A DNA stretch of 63,989 nucleotides, counting the filler, from Diploschistes diacapsis (taxonomy: Eukaryota), in NCBI GenBank assembly GCA_023645945.1. It is 6 parts of 6 records of this genome, joined end to end, with 100 filler letters (N's around TTAATTAATTAA, not from the genome) between each part and the next. Parts side by side here need not be neighbours in the genome. Positions count along the whole stretch, not along the records: positions 1 to 29,600 come from JALAIB010000132.1; 5 more parts are not named here. One strand, 5' to 3'. Shown piece by piece: positions 11,565 to 25,500 of the stretch (positions within the stretch are counted from its first letter, which is position 1; every line of letters begins with the position of its first letter). Under the pieces are notes generated by a model, which saw only the letters and a program-made list of their open reading frames with translations, ran no database searches and had not been told where the DNA came from. Made by a program: the position numbers and the translations under genes.

Positions 11565-13415
11565 ATGTCTCTCTACGGTGATGGTCCCGTTGACGTCGAC
11601 CTCTACTACCTGAGGGTCCGCGAAGCGATACGGCAGTCATATCCAGCCATCAATCGAGGGCCACCGGAGATTCTACTTAGCAAACCACGGCCGCCGTCGG
11701 AATATTTTATAATACAGAATCCTGTGGACACTGAGACCGAACAAAAGCCGAATCAAAGCCTTCCACCGTCTCAACCTCGCAAGATCACAGGATGGGCTTG
11801 GGCCGTGCTTGTCACTGGCCTCGTTATGGCGAATCTCCTAATATCGATGGACAACACAATTGTTGCCGACATACAGGCGCCTATTATCGCTGAGCTAGGT
11901 GAGATCAACAAATTTCCTTGGATAAGTGTCGGATTCACGCTCGGTGCAGCGTCCGCAAACATCTTCTGGCAAGCTCTCCCTCGCTTCCGGGATGCCGAAG
12001 TTGTGCTAACTAGCTATGCACAGGGGCCAACTTCACAGGTACTTCGATAAGAAGGTCCTATTTCTGGTGGCTCTTACGATCTTTGAGGTTGGTTCAGCCG
12101 TTTGTGGATCCGCAAAGACCCTTGACCTGTTGATCGTCGGAAGAGTTATCTGCGGCCTCGGCGGAACTGGCGTATTCATGGGAGTCATGAATAACATCGC
12201 TGCTCTGACGACACCTGCGGAGCGAGCATTGTATGTCAGTTTTCCAGGTGCCGCCTGGGCAATCGGTGCTATGTAAGTATAATGGAGGTCACGTCTCTGA
12301 CCCAGCAGCTAAGAGATCCCAGCATTGGCCCTGTAGTTGGTGGTGCTATCAGTGACTCGCCTGCTGGCTGGAGGTGGTGTTTCTACCTCAACGTTGTCGT
12401 GGGTGGCATATGGCTGCCAGCATACGTTTTTATCTTGCCCTCGATTCCATCCAAGGGCGCTGGTCTCGCCATGTGGAAACGAATCAGTCGGCTCGACTGG
12501 CTCGGGTTTGCTCTCTGGAGCGGTTCCCTATCCTCTCTCGTCATGGGAATTTCATTCGGAGGCAGTCTTTACCCCTGGCAAGGCGCTGTTATCATTGCGC
12601 TATTCGCTGCCTCCGCTGGCCTTTGGATCATCTTCTTCCTGCAGCAGAGGTTCGCGATCCTGACCACGAAAGACGACCGCCTGTTCCCTGTCCATCTAAT
12701 AACCCGAGACCTAGCGTTACTTATTGCCCAGATGGCGTTCGGCGTGGCTTGCCTTTTCTTACCCTTGTACTTCATACCACTCTATTTCCAGTTCGTGAAG
12801 TCGGACACTGCCTTGATGGCCGGCGTGCATATCCTACCGTTTGTTCTCTGCTTCATCGTCCTCTTACTGATTAACGGTTCGGTGATGAGCAAAGCCGGGT
12901 TTTACATGCTCTGGTATATGATGGGCAGCGCGTTGGTCACCGTTGGTGCGGGGCTGATGCATCTGATTGGTCTCGAAAGCCCGGTGGGAATGGTTTATGG
13001 CTTCATCATCATCGTGGGCGCCGGAGCTGGCGCCTTCGTTCAAGCATCCTTCGGTGTTGCTCAAGCCAAGGTTGCCCCACAGAATGTGCCTATAGCCGTG
13101 GCGTTTATTGGTGCCGCTCAAATCACAGGCGTCACGATATGGTTCTCGGTAGCATATAGCGTGTTTCTAAACACAGCTACCAATCAAATCGCGGTCTTGT
13201 TACCTGGGGCGTCAACAAGCACCATACAGGCCGCCATCGCCGGTGTTGGTGGCAGCGTTTTTGACGGGCTCGACGCTGCAGCGAAGAAACAGATTCTCGA
13301 AGCTGTACTGACCTCCATCAGCTACGTATGGATTCAGGTTACGGTCAATGGCGGAATTTGCTTTATTCTCTCCCTGCTCATGAAACGCGAGCGCTTGGCC
13401 CCAAAAAAGAAGTAG
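11565..13415 (+). CDS. MFS drug:H+ antiporter (DHA2, 14-TM type), likely cluster exporter
   Basis: MDNTIVADIQ, FEVGSAVCGSA, IVGRVICGLGG, IGPVVGGA...WRWCFYLN; introns 11969-12023 (GC-AG) and 12273-12322. Confidence 0.93.
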
Positions 13416-14870
13416 GTTCTGGACATGTGCGCGGTATTCAGGCTATGGGGCCGGCAGACCTGCGCTTCGCATCCAATGAGAGCCGATCCGCGAGTCGGCA
13501 CTCTGGTAGAGTCAGTTACTGCTTTACTAGGATGGAACAATCTCAAGCCGGAGACCGGCCAATCTATTGTCTTGCAGCATTTGCTCTATGCATAAAGACA
13601 GAGCATGACAGATTGAAGAGAGGCGGATGCGGTACTGCGGTTAATGACTTAATGAAGAAATATATAGGCAGGTAATATAGAGGATGTCGTCGTTGTTAGC
13701 GAACATTGCGTGATCATTAGCGCTATGAAGCCGAGGGCTCAGACCTATGTTTCCGCCTATTGCCTAGCAACAGACGGGTATAGGTTCTTCATGTAGACTA
13801 TGAACTGACAGGCAACTGCTTTCTGTATAGGTTCTGGCTTTGAGATGCTCTGGAATGCAAAGTAAGCCCAAAAGTTCTCAGCGTAAAGCTGGAGCTACTT
13901 TGTTTCTACCAGAGCCGGTGCGGGTATGTGTATTCGCACCCACTCCGAGAAGCTCCGAAACATACGAGCTTCGAGTTGGGGAAGAAATAGATTACTCCAA
14001 ATTGCTACTCCCGCTAACTCCTGTCCTTTTCTCCCTCAGATGCACAGTGGAAAACGAGAACTAAATTCTGACTTTTGATGAGTATTAGAGCTTCTTGAGT
14101 GGGTGTAAAAAAACTAAGCGATCATCATGTGGCGTTCCCACTGTTCCTACTACTTTAGTATACCGTGTTCGTGTGGGGAATCGACTCGGGAAATCGGGAT
14201 CTGACACGTGCCGTCCTCCTAAGCACTAAGAAAGCTAATTATAAGCTAGTAGTACTAGCTAGTACTAGCTAGTACTGTACGCCAGAGACTACTACTACTA
14301 CTAGTAAGTCTACTACCCTTGCGGGAGAACTCCACCAAGGTTTGATTTCAATAATACTATGTATGTAAAACGTAATACGGTTGTCATAATTAGCCAAGGA
14401 ATGGGCCGTGTCGCGCTAGTCGGCGCTAGTCAGCGCCAGCCATACAAGCAGGGCGATCTTCCTTTATTCTGAGCCTCACTTCGCAAAGTAACGGTCTAGA
14501 CCTTCAAATTCGCACTCTTGACAATGCTGCTACTGTCCCGCCTGATGAACGTCAGCATCGTCGATGAGGATCCAAGATTATCCTTGTGCTACAACTTCAT
14601 TGCATTCAACGGTGGGACGGTGGGACGGTGGGACGTAGCAGTCAATTAGTGTCACGGTGATATCCAGATCCACAATAAGAATACTGGGTGAGATTTCCCA
14701 GCTGAAGTCTTGTCGAAGCTTGCTGTTTTGATGCCAGAAGCTGGCGTTGCTGACCATCCAAGCCCCGCATACAAGGTTTGGCCGATCAGTATATCGCTTG
14801 AGTCTCACTCTTGATAATAGAGAGTTTCCTTTTCAGCATTGATCCAGCTTTGCACAGCCCTCTTAGAAGC

Positions 14871-16273
14871 ATGACGGAGCTACGAAATGGCTTGTCTCGT
14901 CGTGGGAGAGAAAACTTGGAGGTTGTTTTGCCAAAGATCCTGGACCAGGTCAACGAACGAAGCAAGGCTAGTGCCACAGCCATCGACCTTGCTACAGCCG
15001 AAAACTATCTTTTACGGCCAGAAATGACCAGTATCTGCTGGAACGCTGTTGCCCAAAATCTACAGGCAGAGGCAAGTCGTTGCAATCCTTCAAGTGTCAA
15101 GCTTTTGACATTAGCCTAGCATCTATCGTATCCGAGGGGGTTCGCCGCCGATCCATATCTTCTGGCTGCTTTGGTCCCATTCATGAACTCTTATTTCGCT
15201 CCCAAGATACCGGTTACCCCTACTCATATAGCCACATCGCCCGGAGCTGCTAGCTGTCTTGATGCACTCTTGTATAATATCTGCGATGTAGGGGAGGGGA
15301 TATTGCTCCCTGGACCTTATTGGTGTATAGAACGGCTGTACCTACCCGCTTGTCACTAAGCTGACGACCTTCAGATGGATTTGACTTCTTCTTCCAAACG
15401 CGATCATCCGTGGTTCCTGTCGTGGCAGACTTGCCCAGTCTCTCCGATGCTTTCACCGAGGAGCTAGCTCCAGCATTGGAAAGAGCGTTCGACAAGGCCT
15501 CGTGTAGAATCCGGGCGGTGATCATAACTAATCCGCACAATCCCCTGGGACAGAGATACCCTCGCTCTGTTCTTGAGAGTTGCCTGGACTTCTGCAAAAA
15601 GCATGATCTTCACTTCATCTCCGACGAAGTCTATGCATTGACCTCCTTTGAGAGCCTCGACGTTCCGGATCCAGTACCTTTTGTATCCGCCTTGGCTCTG
15701 GACGTCAAAGGTCTGGGATGTGATCTGTCCAAAGTACACACCGTTTGGAGTCCGAGTAAGGACTTTGGTGAGAGCGGCTTTCGCATGGTATGCGGAATAC
15801 TCTTGCACAATTTAGTTTGCACAGTACTGACCAGTTAGGGCTGCATCGTCAGTCAGGCAAACCCCGACCTCATCAATGCATTGGCTTTGGCATCCTGTCG
15901 CCAAGTCTCGACAATGACGAACATCGTTGTGCGAGGAACTCTCCAGAGCGATTCCCTTAGCTTCCTGATCAAGACGAATCAGCAAAGATTAAAAGAAAAC
16001 TACGAGCTACTGCGAAACTTCCTAGTCTCGAAACAGATCCGATACATACCATGCTACGCCGGCTTGTTTGTCTTTGCTCAGTTCGTCAAAGACCCACAAA
16101 CACCGGACGCAGAAGCTGCCATGGTCCGTAAACTTGGCGATGCTGGCGTGCTGGTCTGTCCCGGAAGCGATTACCACCCACCAAAGTCAGAAAAGGGGTG
16201 GGTGCGCATCGTGTTTTCAATTGAAAAGGCGTTGCTGCAGGAGGCTATCCAGAGAATGGAGGCTGTATTTTAA
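14871..16273 (+). CDS. PLP-dependent fold-type I enzyme, ACC-synthase-like (aminotransferase class I/II, GliI-like), ~417 aa
   Basis: IDLATAENYL, ITNPHNPLG, FISDEVYA, WSPSKDFGESGFRMG (PLP Lys), GWVRIVF; introns 15072-15119 (GC-AG), 15325-15374, 15788-15838. Confidence 0.92.
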
Positions 16274-16959
16274 TGGGAGTGGATTCTGCCGCGAAGGGCC
16301 TCTTCAAGCTACCAAGGACCCTCCGAATTAAACTGTCTACGTGCTTTGTGAGTTATGTAGATAGGACCAAGTTTGCATGGTTAATGAGGATATTTTCACG
16401 AATGGTGTCGCTAGTATGGCATTGTCCATGATTTAATACTACTTTGCAAAATGCTCCGTCACCATAATGCGCAGCTGTCTACCTAGCTAGCGTCAAAACG
16501 GCGCATTCGGGAGGACGAAAACGGCCACAAGTATCCAGTATTTGGAATTGCATCACGAAAGGATTTGGGGAATTGCACCACGAAGCATTGAATTTAGTTC
16601 CCTGTATGGAAGAACCTCTCAATTTATAAAACGAAAGTAATCCCAGTCATTGCGCCATCCTTGGCCCATTCATGCCGACAGCCTGACCTCGGAATCTGCA
16701 ATGCTGCTCACCCGGTTTTGCCTACCTATATCTACCGTACTAAGCTACCTTTCCCAGGCAGCAGCCATCCATACCTTATATCTTATCACGCTAGAAGGGT
16801 TATAGATGGCGATTGATCTTACTTTACTTCTTTTAAGTATATCCATCATTCTCCATTGAAGTCAGATTTCAAAACGGCTGAGCTCAAGCCAACAATACTC
16901 GCTCTTGCAACCAATTTTTATCTTTCCCTCCAGCCCGTCCTGCAACACGGCACACGGCC

Positions 16960-18255
16960 ATGTCAACTGCCGAGACCCTCGATGCTAATGGGGCCAAGCT
17001 GCCCGAGGCAGTACTCGAAGCACTAGAATTCGAACGGGAGCAGTGGGCAAACGGACCGGCTTCTCAAGATCCCTTCTACAGTCTGGAAAGTTACTCTGGC
17101 CAAGAACCGCCGGGGACGCTTCTGAAGGTCGAAAAGGCTTGCAACACCAAGCTTTGGATGCTGCCACCGACCACAGCACTTTCACGTTTCGTCTACCAAT
17201 CCGAAACCTTGAACGCGAAACCTGTGCCTGTCTCAGGGTACATTCTTTGGCCGTATTCACCGCGTTCGTCCGAGGATGGATACCACGTTGTTGCCTTCGC
17301 GCATGGTACGACCGGTCTGGAGCCGAACTATGCACCCTCGAATACGAAGAACCTTGCCCATCACTTCATCCAACCTTATCAGCTCGCGCTACAGGGCTAC
17401 GTCGTGGTGGCAACAGACTACGCCGGGCTGGGCGTCTCAAAGGACTCTAATGGACAACGCATCGTGCATCCGTACGGCGCTCATCCTGCTCATGCCAATG
17501 ACGTTGTCTACTCGGTCCAGGCGGCGAGGGAGGCCTTCCCGGAACTTTCCAAACGTTTCGTAGTCGCGGGTTATTCGCAAGGCGGTGGAGCTGCATGGTC
17601 CGTGGCACAGCGGCAGGCGGCCTCGCCCATCGAAGGCTACCTTGGGGCGGTGGCGATCTGTCCCATAACCCGGATTCTCGAGTATCAGGAGCCTATTCGA
17701 TCGATCGTCATTGCAGCAGTCACTCCTGCCATCGAATCCATCTTGCCAGGATTCACGCAGGCCGAGATTCTCACGGAAGTTGGCCAGCAGACGCTTGCCC
17801 TGTGCCAACGGGCTGGAGCGTCGCTCACGACACTCCTCAGCCTGCTCGGCAAGGTACAGGCTCGCAAGGATGATGCCATTGGCAACGGCTTCCTTCGGGA
17901 GTTTCAAAGCCTGACTAGCAACGGCGGCAAGAAGATTGCAGGTCCACTGCTTGTCATCCAAGGCGAAAGCGATCCCATGGTGAACCATCCAGTTACCGAA
18001 AGGGCTGTGCGAGACACCATCACCAAGCATCCCGATGCTCAATTGGAGTACATCCTTGTCCCGGGCGTCGGACATAAGCCGGCCGTGTTCAGCACTCAAT
18101 GGATATGGACAGACTGGATAGCAGACCGATTCTCGGGGGCTCAGGCGACTTCAAAGGGCAGCCGCACTCTCAAGTCTGCACTTCCTCTACAGTCCTACCA
18201 ACCGGCGCTAAACTGGTGGCTTGCCCCAGAGACCAAATTCTACCATGCACCGTGA
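16960..18255 (+). CDS. LIP-family (secretory-lipase-like) alpha/beta hydrolase without an obvious signal peptide
   Basis: AHGTTG, GYVVVATDYAGLG, nucleophile GYSQGG, IQGESDPMV (Asp), GVGH (His); intronless, 431 aa. Confidence 0.88.
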   Translation: MSTAETLDANGAKLPEAVLEALEFEREQWANGPASQDPFYSLESYSGQEPPGTLLKVEKACNTKLWMLPPTTALSRFVYQSETLNAKPVPVSGYILWPYSPRSSEDGYHVVAFAHGTTGLEPNYAPSNTKNLAHHFIQPYQLALQGYVVVATDYAGLGVSKDSNGQRIVHPYGAHPAHANDVVYSVQAAREAFPELSKRFVVAGYSQGGGAAWSVAQRQAASPIEGYLGAVAICPITRILEYQEPIRSIVIAAVTPAIESILPGFTQAEILTEVGQQTLALCQRAGASLTTLLSLLGKVQARKDDAIGNGFLREFQSLTSNGGKKIAGPLLVIQGESDPMVNHPVTERAVRDTITKHPDAQLEYILVPGVGHKPAVFSTQWIWTDWIADRFSGAQATSKGSRTLKSALPLQSYQPALNWWLAPETKFYHAP

Positions 18256-19529
18256 AAGTGCATTTGTTTTTCGCTTGCGAAATTATAGCTGCGAAAGGGT
18301 CGGGAGACTTGGAATCAGACGAGAAAGGAACAGTAGTAGCCTGTTTTGTCACCACACACTTTCCTTCAGCGACGAGATTGTGAAAGCTGAGGCTGTCGGG
18401 GACTGCGGATCTCGGATCGGCGTTACATCCGGTTACAGTACGGTTTTGTTACGCCAACAGTACAAAACCATGTACGAAGCTAACATTCTTTTTTAACCGC
18501 GGACAAATACCGATTTTGGGGGCGGTCAAGGGCTCTGTTTCAGACTTGCTTTCGTTCCTTTTAGTATTAAGATCCACTTACAGAGGCTTTTTGACGTTTG
18601 CCCGAATTGCTAAGCGTGAGTACTTTGCACAGCCTCATGCCTGAGGTCCTGATGAGAAAAGACATACACAGGACAACTACCGACTTGCTTGCGGGCGAGT
18701 CGGCCTCCCAGCCTTGACCTGAGCTGATCATTGAACTGGGCTAAACAGGCATTCCTGCGACTCTTTGTGCTAAACTTCCCAGAGACAGCTAGCTTTGTTC
18801 AATCTCCGCACTAACAACTTTCCCAACACTACCCTTCTCGAAGCGGCATTTGAGAACGAGCCTTGGCAGTATCAAGCCATAGCCGCGACAAGTTGCGCAA
18901 CGAACAGCTGTTCACTCAGCAATGACTCATTCCCAACGCGAGTTACGGAGTTTCTGCAACAGCAACGATGCAACTTTGCAAACCTTGGTTGTGGCCCAGC
19001 CTCCAGCAGTCACCATTATACGCCGAGATGAGCTATCATCCAATGGCATAGGTCAATCAATTGAGCATGTTCATGGTCTTGAGACACAACTAACTGAACC
19101 TCCCTAAGGAATGAGATTGACAAGCTTTCGCCAAGGCCTCAAAGGCTCCTATTGAGAATCCATGCAGCTTACCCACTCTGTTCAAATTGGGCAAGGATGA
19201 GGGGGGGACGAACTTCGCCTGGCGTTAAGCTTCGGAAGAAGGTCTGCCCAGTAATGACGGGCAGCTTGCAGTCGCTGTGTTCCCAAGGGTTTCGAGTAAC
19301 TGGATCGATACTTTGTAACGCAGATCCATGAGCAGGCTGTTCCGCGTGGCCTGCACGTGGAAGGCGGATGCACAAAAGCCGAAAGAAGCTTATGGATGAT
19401 ATAGTTAGCTTTATATTCATGCCAGGAGCCAAAGCTATCACTCACACACACACTCTTTTCATATCCCATCTGGCTTTGGAATTTCCATTTTACTTTCCCC
19501 TTTTTTCTGAAACAACAGTCGCCTTCAAC

Positions 19530-22500
19530 ATGGCTTCTATGATCCCGGAAAGTATCGCCGTCGTTGGCATGAGCTGTCGGTTCCCGGGTGGGGCCAACGA
19601 CCCGGAAAAGTACTGGGAATTACTAGCAGAGGGCCGTGATGCTTGGTCCAAGGTGCCATCGACGAGATGGAACGAGGAAGCCTTCTACCATCCAGATCCT
19701 GGAATGAACGGTGCAACTAGTCATCGGGGAGGGTACTTCCTCGATCAAGACTTGAGCGCTTTCGACCCCTCCTTTTTCGGCATTTCTGGAGAAGAGGCAA
19801 AGGCCATGGACCCTCAGCAACGCGTTCAACTCGAGATAACCTACGAAGCTCTCGAAAATGCTGGCATCCCGATGGAAAAGCTTCCGGGCTCGAAAACGGC
19901 CGTATATATCGCCCTCTTCAGCCGTGACTATGACCGTATTGGATATAAGGATATTGGTGCCATGTCCAAGTATCACATGGTCGGGACAGGAGACGCTATC
20001 CTCTCCAATCGAATTTCATACGCCTTTGACCTGCGGGGTCCGTCGATGACCATTGACACTGGATGTTCAGGCAGCTTAGTTGGCCTGCATCAGGCTTGTC
20101 AGAGTCTTCGACTTGGCGAATCGAACTTGGCGCTTGTGGGTGCCAGCAACCTCATTTTATCCCCAGACCAGCTCATTCCCATGAGTCTTGCTCGGTAAGT
20201 CCGCAAATCTTTGATGACGCTTAAGCGCTAACCGTGCGCAGCTTCCTCAGCGACAAGGGACATTGTTATTCCTTTGACAGCCGTGGGGACGGCTACGGCA
20301 GAGGCGAGGGCGTGGCTATGGTCGTTCTCAAGCGGCTCAGCGATGCACTGGCCGCGGGGGACAACATTCGTGCCATTGTACGCAACACTGGGATCAACCA
20401 AGACGGGAAAACGCCAACAGGCATAACTGCTCCCAGTGCAGATGCACAGGCAGACTTGATCCGACAAGTCTACGCAGAAGCTCGGTTGGACCCCCGGGAT
20501 ACCACGTACCTGGAAGCACACGGAACCGGAACCAAAGTCGGCGACATGGCAGAATTTGAATCAACAAGGGACACCTTCCGCTGCAAAGATCGAGAGCGCT
20601 CCTTGATCCTTGGGTCGGTCAAATCAAGCATCGGACACTTGGAGTCGGCGTCTGGAATTGCAGGCTTGATCAAGACAGTCTTGATGTTTGAAAGGGGCTT
20701 CGTCGTGCCAAATCTGCATTATCGATCTCCGAAGCCGGACATTGACTACGATGCAAATAATATGAGGGTGACTCCGACCGCGTCGAGTGAACACAGAGCT
20801 TTTCTGACACATATTATTAGATTCCTAGCAAACTTCAGTCCCTAAAATCCATCACCGATGGGGTGCACCGAGCCTCCATCAACGGATTTGGATATGGCGG
20901 TGCCAACGGACATGTCATTCTAGATTCGAGTGCTTCACTGGGTTTGCAACAGCGAAACAGTTCACGTCGCAAAAACCTTCACGGTAAACATTCTCATGTT
21001 AACGGCATCACCGAGGGTACGGCCAACGGAACTTCCTACAACAAACGATCTACAAATGGCTCTTCTCACTCGGATCAAGCGAACGGCTTCGGCCACTTGA
21101 TAACCTTTACCGCCAAGTCTGAGGCTTCGCTACGCCAAATGCTCAAGAACTTTGGAGCATGGGCGGATGGACGAGAGATTACGGAAGAAGATCTCGTGAA
21201 CCTCTCGTATACACTTTGTGCGCGAAGGTCAATCTTCCCTTGGAGGAGCAGTGTTCTTGTCCAAGATTCGGACGAGCTCAGACAAGCACTGGGTGGAAAC
21301 GACATGGCCATTACCAAGTCTTCGAGCAATCCACGCGTCACCTTTGTCTTTACAGGTCAAGGTGCGCAATGGACTGGAATGGGGCGAGAACTTCTCCAGG
21401 TCGAGTCCGAGTTCGGCAACTCGCTCAGGAAATCTGACAGTATTTTGCGGGGACTGGGCGCTGAGTATTGCCTCATCGAAGAACTTGAAATGGAGGAGCC
21501 TGAATCGCGACTGAATGAAAGCTGGCTGGCCCAGCCTGCATCAACTGCACTACAGATTGCTTTGGTGGACTTGCTGCGCCAACTGGGTGTTAAGCCGACC
21601 ATGGTGCTTGGCCACTCCAGTGGTGAGATTGCAGGAGCGTATGCTGTCGGGGCTCTATCGCATCACTCGGCGCTCAAAGCCTCTTACGAAAGGAGTGCTC
21701 TGGCTGCCATCTCCCGGAAAGTTTTGGGAAAGAAAGGCGCGATGATGGCAGTAGGCCTGGGAGAAGAAGACACCTTATCTTACATGACTGGACTGGAGCC
21801 CGGCTCGGCGACTATAGCCTGCGTGAACAGCCCTTCCAGCGTCACTGTCTCGGGTGATGATAGCGCAATACGCGCGCTGAAGGAGTTATTGGATGCCAAA
21901 TCCGTCTTTGCTCGGCAACTCAAGGTCGACACCGCCTACCACTCTCATCACATGCAAGAAATTGCCGATATATACTTTCAGGCCATGGGCGAGCTAGAAT
22001 CCAAGGATGCAAAGGTCCCATTCGTCTCCTCGGTCACCATGAAGGCAAAAACTAGGGGCTTTGGAGCCTCTTACTGGGTTCAGAACCTTGTTTCACCGGT
22101 CAGGTTCTCAGATGCGCTGGCTGAGGCTTCAAGATCAGGCGCAACGACGAACTCGACAACCACCTACATCGAAATAGGACCTCACTCTGCCCTGCTTGGT
22201 CCCATACGCCAAACTCTTGCTGCTGCTGCGTCAGGTACGGCTTTCAAATATGTCCCAACGTTGCTCCGTAACAAGAACGCCGTTGGCTCCATCCTGGAAT
22301 CGGCAGGGAAACTCTTCGACGGTGGCCACGGGGTGGATCTTCGCTCCATGCACGGTTTGGGAGGTTACGAAGGCAAACGTCTCCTGCTAAACGATTTGCC
22401 AACTTATTCATGGGATCGTTCCAATCACTACTGGCGCGAGTCTCGCCTCAGTCGAGACCATCGCTTCCGAAAGCATGCCTACCACGACTTGCTGGGGGTC

Positions 22501-25500
22501 AGAGTCGTGGACACTGCGCCTACCGAGCCAGCTTGGAGACATTTCATTTCGCTCGACTCCCATCCTTGGCTGAGCGACCATGTTATTGAGAAAGCTATGA
22601 TCTTCCCTGGCGCTGGCTATCTATGCATGGCCCTCGAAGGCCTCAAGCAGCTTGCTGAGGAGCAAGGCCTACACGCGAGGATGTCCAGATTCATCTTCCG
22701 CGATGTCTCGTTCTTGAAGGCATTGATCATCCCTGAAAACAAACAGCGGGTTGAAATGATCATGAGCTTCGCCTCCAGAGAGGTGACAAGCGAGAAGGAC
22801 ATGCTGGGATGGGAAGATTTCCGTATCCGAACCATTACACCTGACGGAGCCTGGTCGGATCTCTGCAAGGGCCGCATCGCTCTGGAGCTCGACGAACTTA
22901 CTGGAAGCGGCGATTTCGAATCCCAGCAGCAATGGGTGAATCGTGATCAGGTCAACCTTTTCAATAGCGTTGCCAGCGCTTGCTCAAACAGTGCGGTTCT
23001 GAATACGCACTACTCAGAATGTGAGGCAGCTGGAAATGTCTACGGGCCGTTATTCGCCTTGGTGGAGGATTTGAAGATTGCCGGGTCATCTGCCTTGGCC
23101 AAGGTCACTGCTCCAGATGTTGCATCCATTATGCCATACCGCCATATGAGTCCTCATTTAATTCACCCAACGACTCTTGACAATATCATACAGATAAGTC
23201 TTCCTCTGTTCTACCGTGTCTGCACAAAAGGCGCTGCCATGCCAGTCTACATTGAAGAGATCGTGCTTTCAGCCGCACAAAGCAGCAACCTGGGTTCAGC
23301 TCACGAGGTTGCATGTGTATTGAATGCAGCTGGGCAGCGATCCGGATTCGCTGATTTTGTAGCCGTGCAACGAGGACTGCAAGGTCAGGTTCTCCCTACG
23401 GTCATGATCAAAAGCCAAGAGCTGAGGGGCCTTGGGGATATCTCTGCATCAGGAGATGCTGAGGAACGGCCTGAGAGCATGGTTTCCAGGATGGAATGGC
23501 GGCCTGACATTTCTCTTGGTGATTTCCAGAAAGTCATTCCCATCAAGAACTCGGAAGAGGTCAGCACCGGTACACTATCGCTTGCCCGGAAAGACATTCG
23601 TCTTGAGCAGGTTACTGCTCTGTATATGGATACGGTTGTCAAAGATTTGGCAGCGTCCCAAGCGCCTGTTACAAAGCCCCATCTTCGCCAGCTTCTGGCG
23701 TGGATGAAGACGTATCTCGAGTCCGATAATGCCCAGAATCTTCTTAAGATGGCGGATGCTTCGACGCAAGATCTGCTGCACGATGAGGATGGAGAGCTGG
23801 GCATCGAAGGCGAAGCCACCATCCGCCTTGGCCAGCTTCTTTCTCAGGTTTTGACTGGCGAAACCGAGCCGCTATCCGTACTGCTTCAAGAAAACATGCT
23901 GTACCGTCTTTACGCCGATGATGCCACTACGATCTGTGACAATCACTTACAGACCTACCTGAAGCATCTTACCTTCAAGAAGCCCTATCTAAAGGTCCTT
24001 GAAATTGGTGCTGGAACTGGAGAAACCAGTTTGTCGCTCCTTCAAGCCCACTCAGCAAATTCAAACCTTTACTTCAGCCGCTATGATTACACTGATATTT
24101 CTTCCGGTTTCTTCGAAAACGCAAAGACCAAGTTTGCGCAATGGGCCGATATCATGCGCTTCAAGACTCTCAACGCTGAGAAGGACCCGGCCACCCAAGG
24201 ATTCGAAGAGGAAGCCTACGATCTGATCATTGCTTCGAATGTGATTCACGCCACGAGTTCCGTCAGCACCGCGCTCAAGCATGTCTCTAAGCTACTGAAG
24301 CCAAACGGGCAATTCTGTCTCCTGGAAATGACAAGACTGCACCCCTACTGTATGCTAGTGTACGGTGTGCTTCCAGGTTGGTGGGCGGGCTCAGAGGATG
24401 GTCGGGACGCCGGGCCGCTCCTCACCACAGAACAGTGGTCTTCCAGGCTGGCGGCAGTCGGCCTCGACCTCCACTACACCATCGACGATGTGACTGGTCA
24501 AGGCCACAGGTCTTCCCTTCTCATTAGCGACAAAGTCCCCGCGATCACTAGCCAAAGTCTACCAAGGATTCGCATTATCGATGACAAACAGTCGGATAGC
24601 TTGATCCCAAGTCTAGCGACCAGCCTGCTGGAGCAGTTTGCGGCCAAAGGACTCGTTGCTTCTATGTGCGATTGGCCAACGAATGCCGAGGTCGACGACT
24701 CAATTTACGTTGTGCTGGATGTTAACAGAAAGCCCGTGATCCGAAGCACGCTCGGTCAGTATCGATGCGCCTCGTATCTCTTAACCAAGGCTACTCGCAT
24801 GCTCTGGATTGCCGGTGGTCTGGACGAAAGAGCGGAACTGGAAGGTGCGCGCGGGCTGGCAACTGGCGTGGTCAGGACTGCTCGCTCGGAAAATGACGAT
24901 CTCAAAGCTGCGCTGCTGACACTGGAGCCGGACGCTCTCTCCGGTCCCAGCAATATCTCATCGGCTGCCTATGATATCATCTCAAGCGTGTTCGCAGACT
25001 CCGAGAAGGGCGATAGAGATGTAGATTACATACTTCGTGATGGTAAGCTCTTCATCCCAAGAATGCTTCCGGAGCAGCGAATGAACAAATTGGCCCTTGT
25101 CAAGAGTAAGCCAACCATGGAAGTTGCTCCGTTTCATCGAGATGGTCTTCCGCTCAAGCTTGGCATTGAGAAGATTGGCCTACTTGATACGTTGAGCTTC
25201 TTTGAGGACACTGATGTTGTAGAAAACGGCCTCAAACCCGATGAGGTGCAAATCCAGGTCTTCGCCTGCGGTGTCAATTTCAAAGACGTCTTCGTAGCGT
25301 TGGGTCAAATGAAGGCTACGACAAACATGACTGGCGAGTGCGCCGGAGTCATCGCCAAGGTTGGATCCGACGTCCCAGGCACCGTCAAAGTCGGCGACCG
25401 CGTGTGCGCCCTCAACGCCACGCCTTATGCCAGCATGGCTCGCGTCCATTATCAGAACACTGCGCCTATCCCGGAATCTATGCCCTTCACCACGGCTGCT

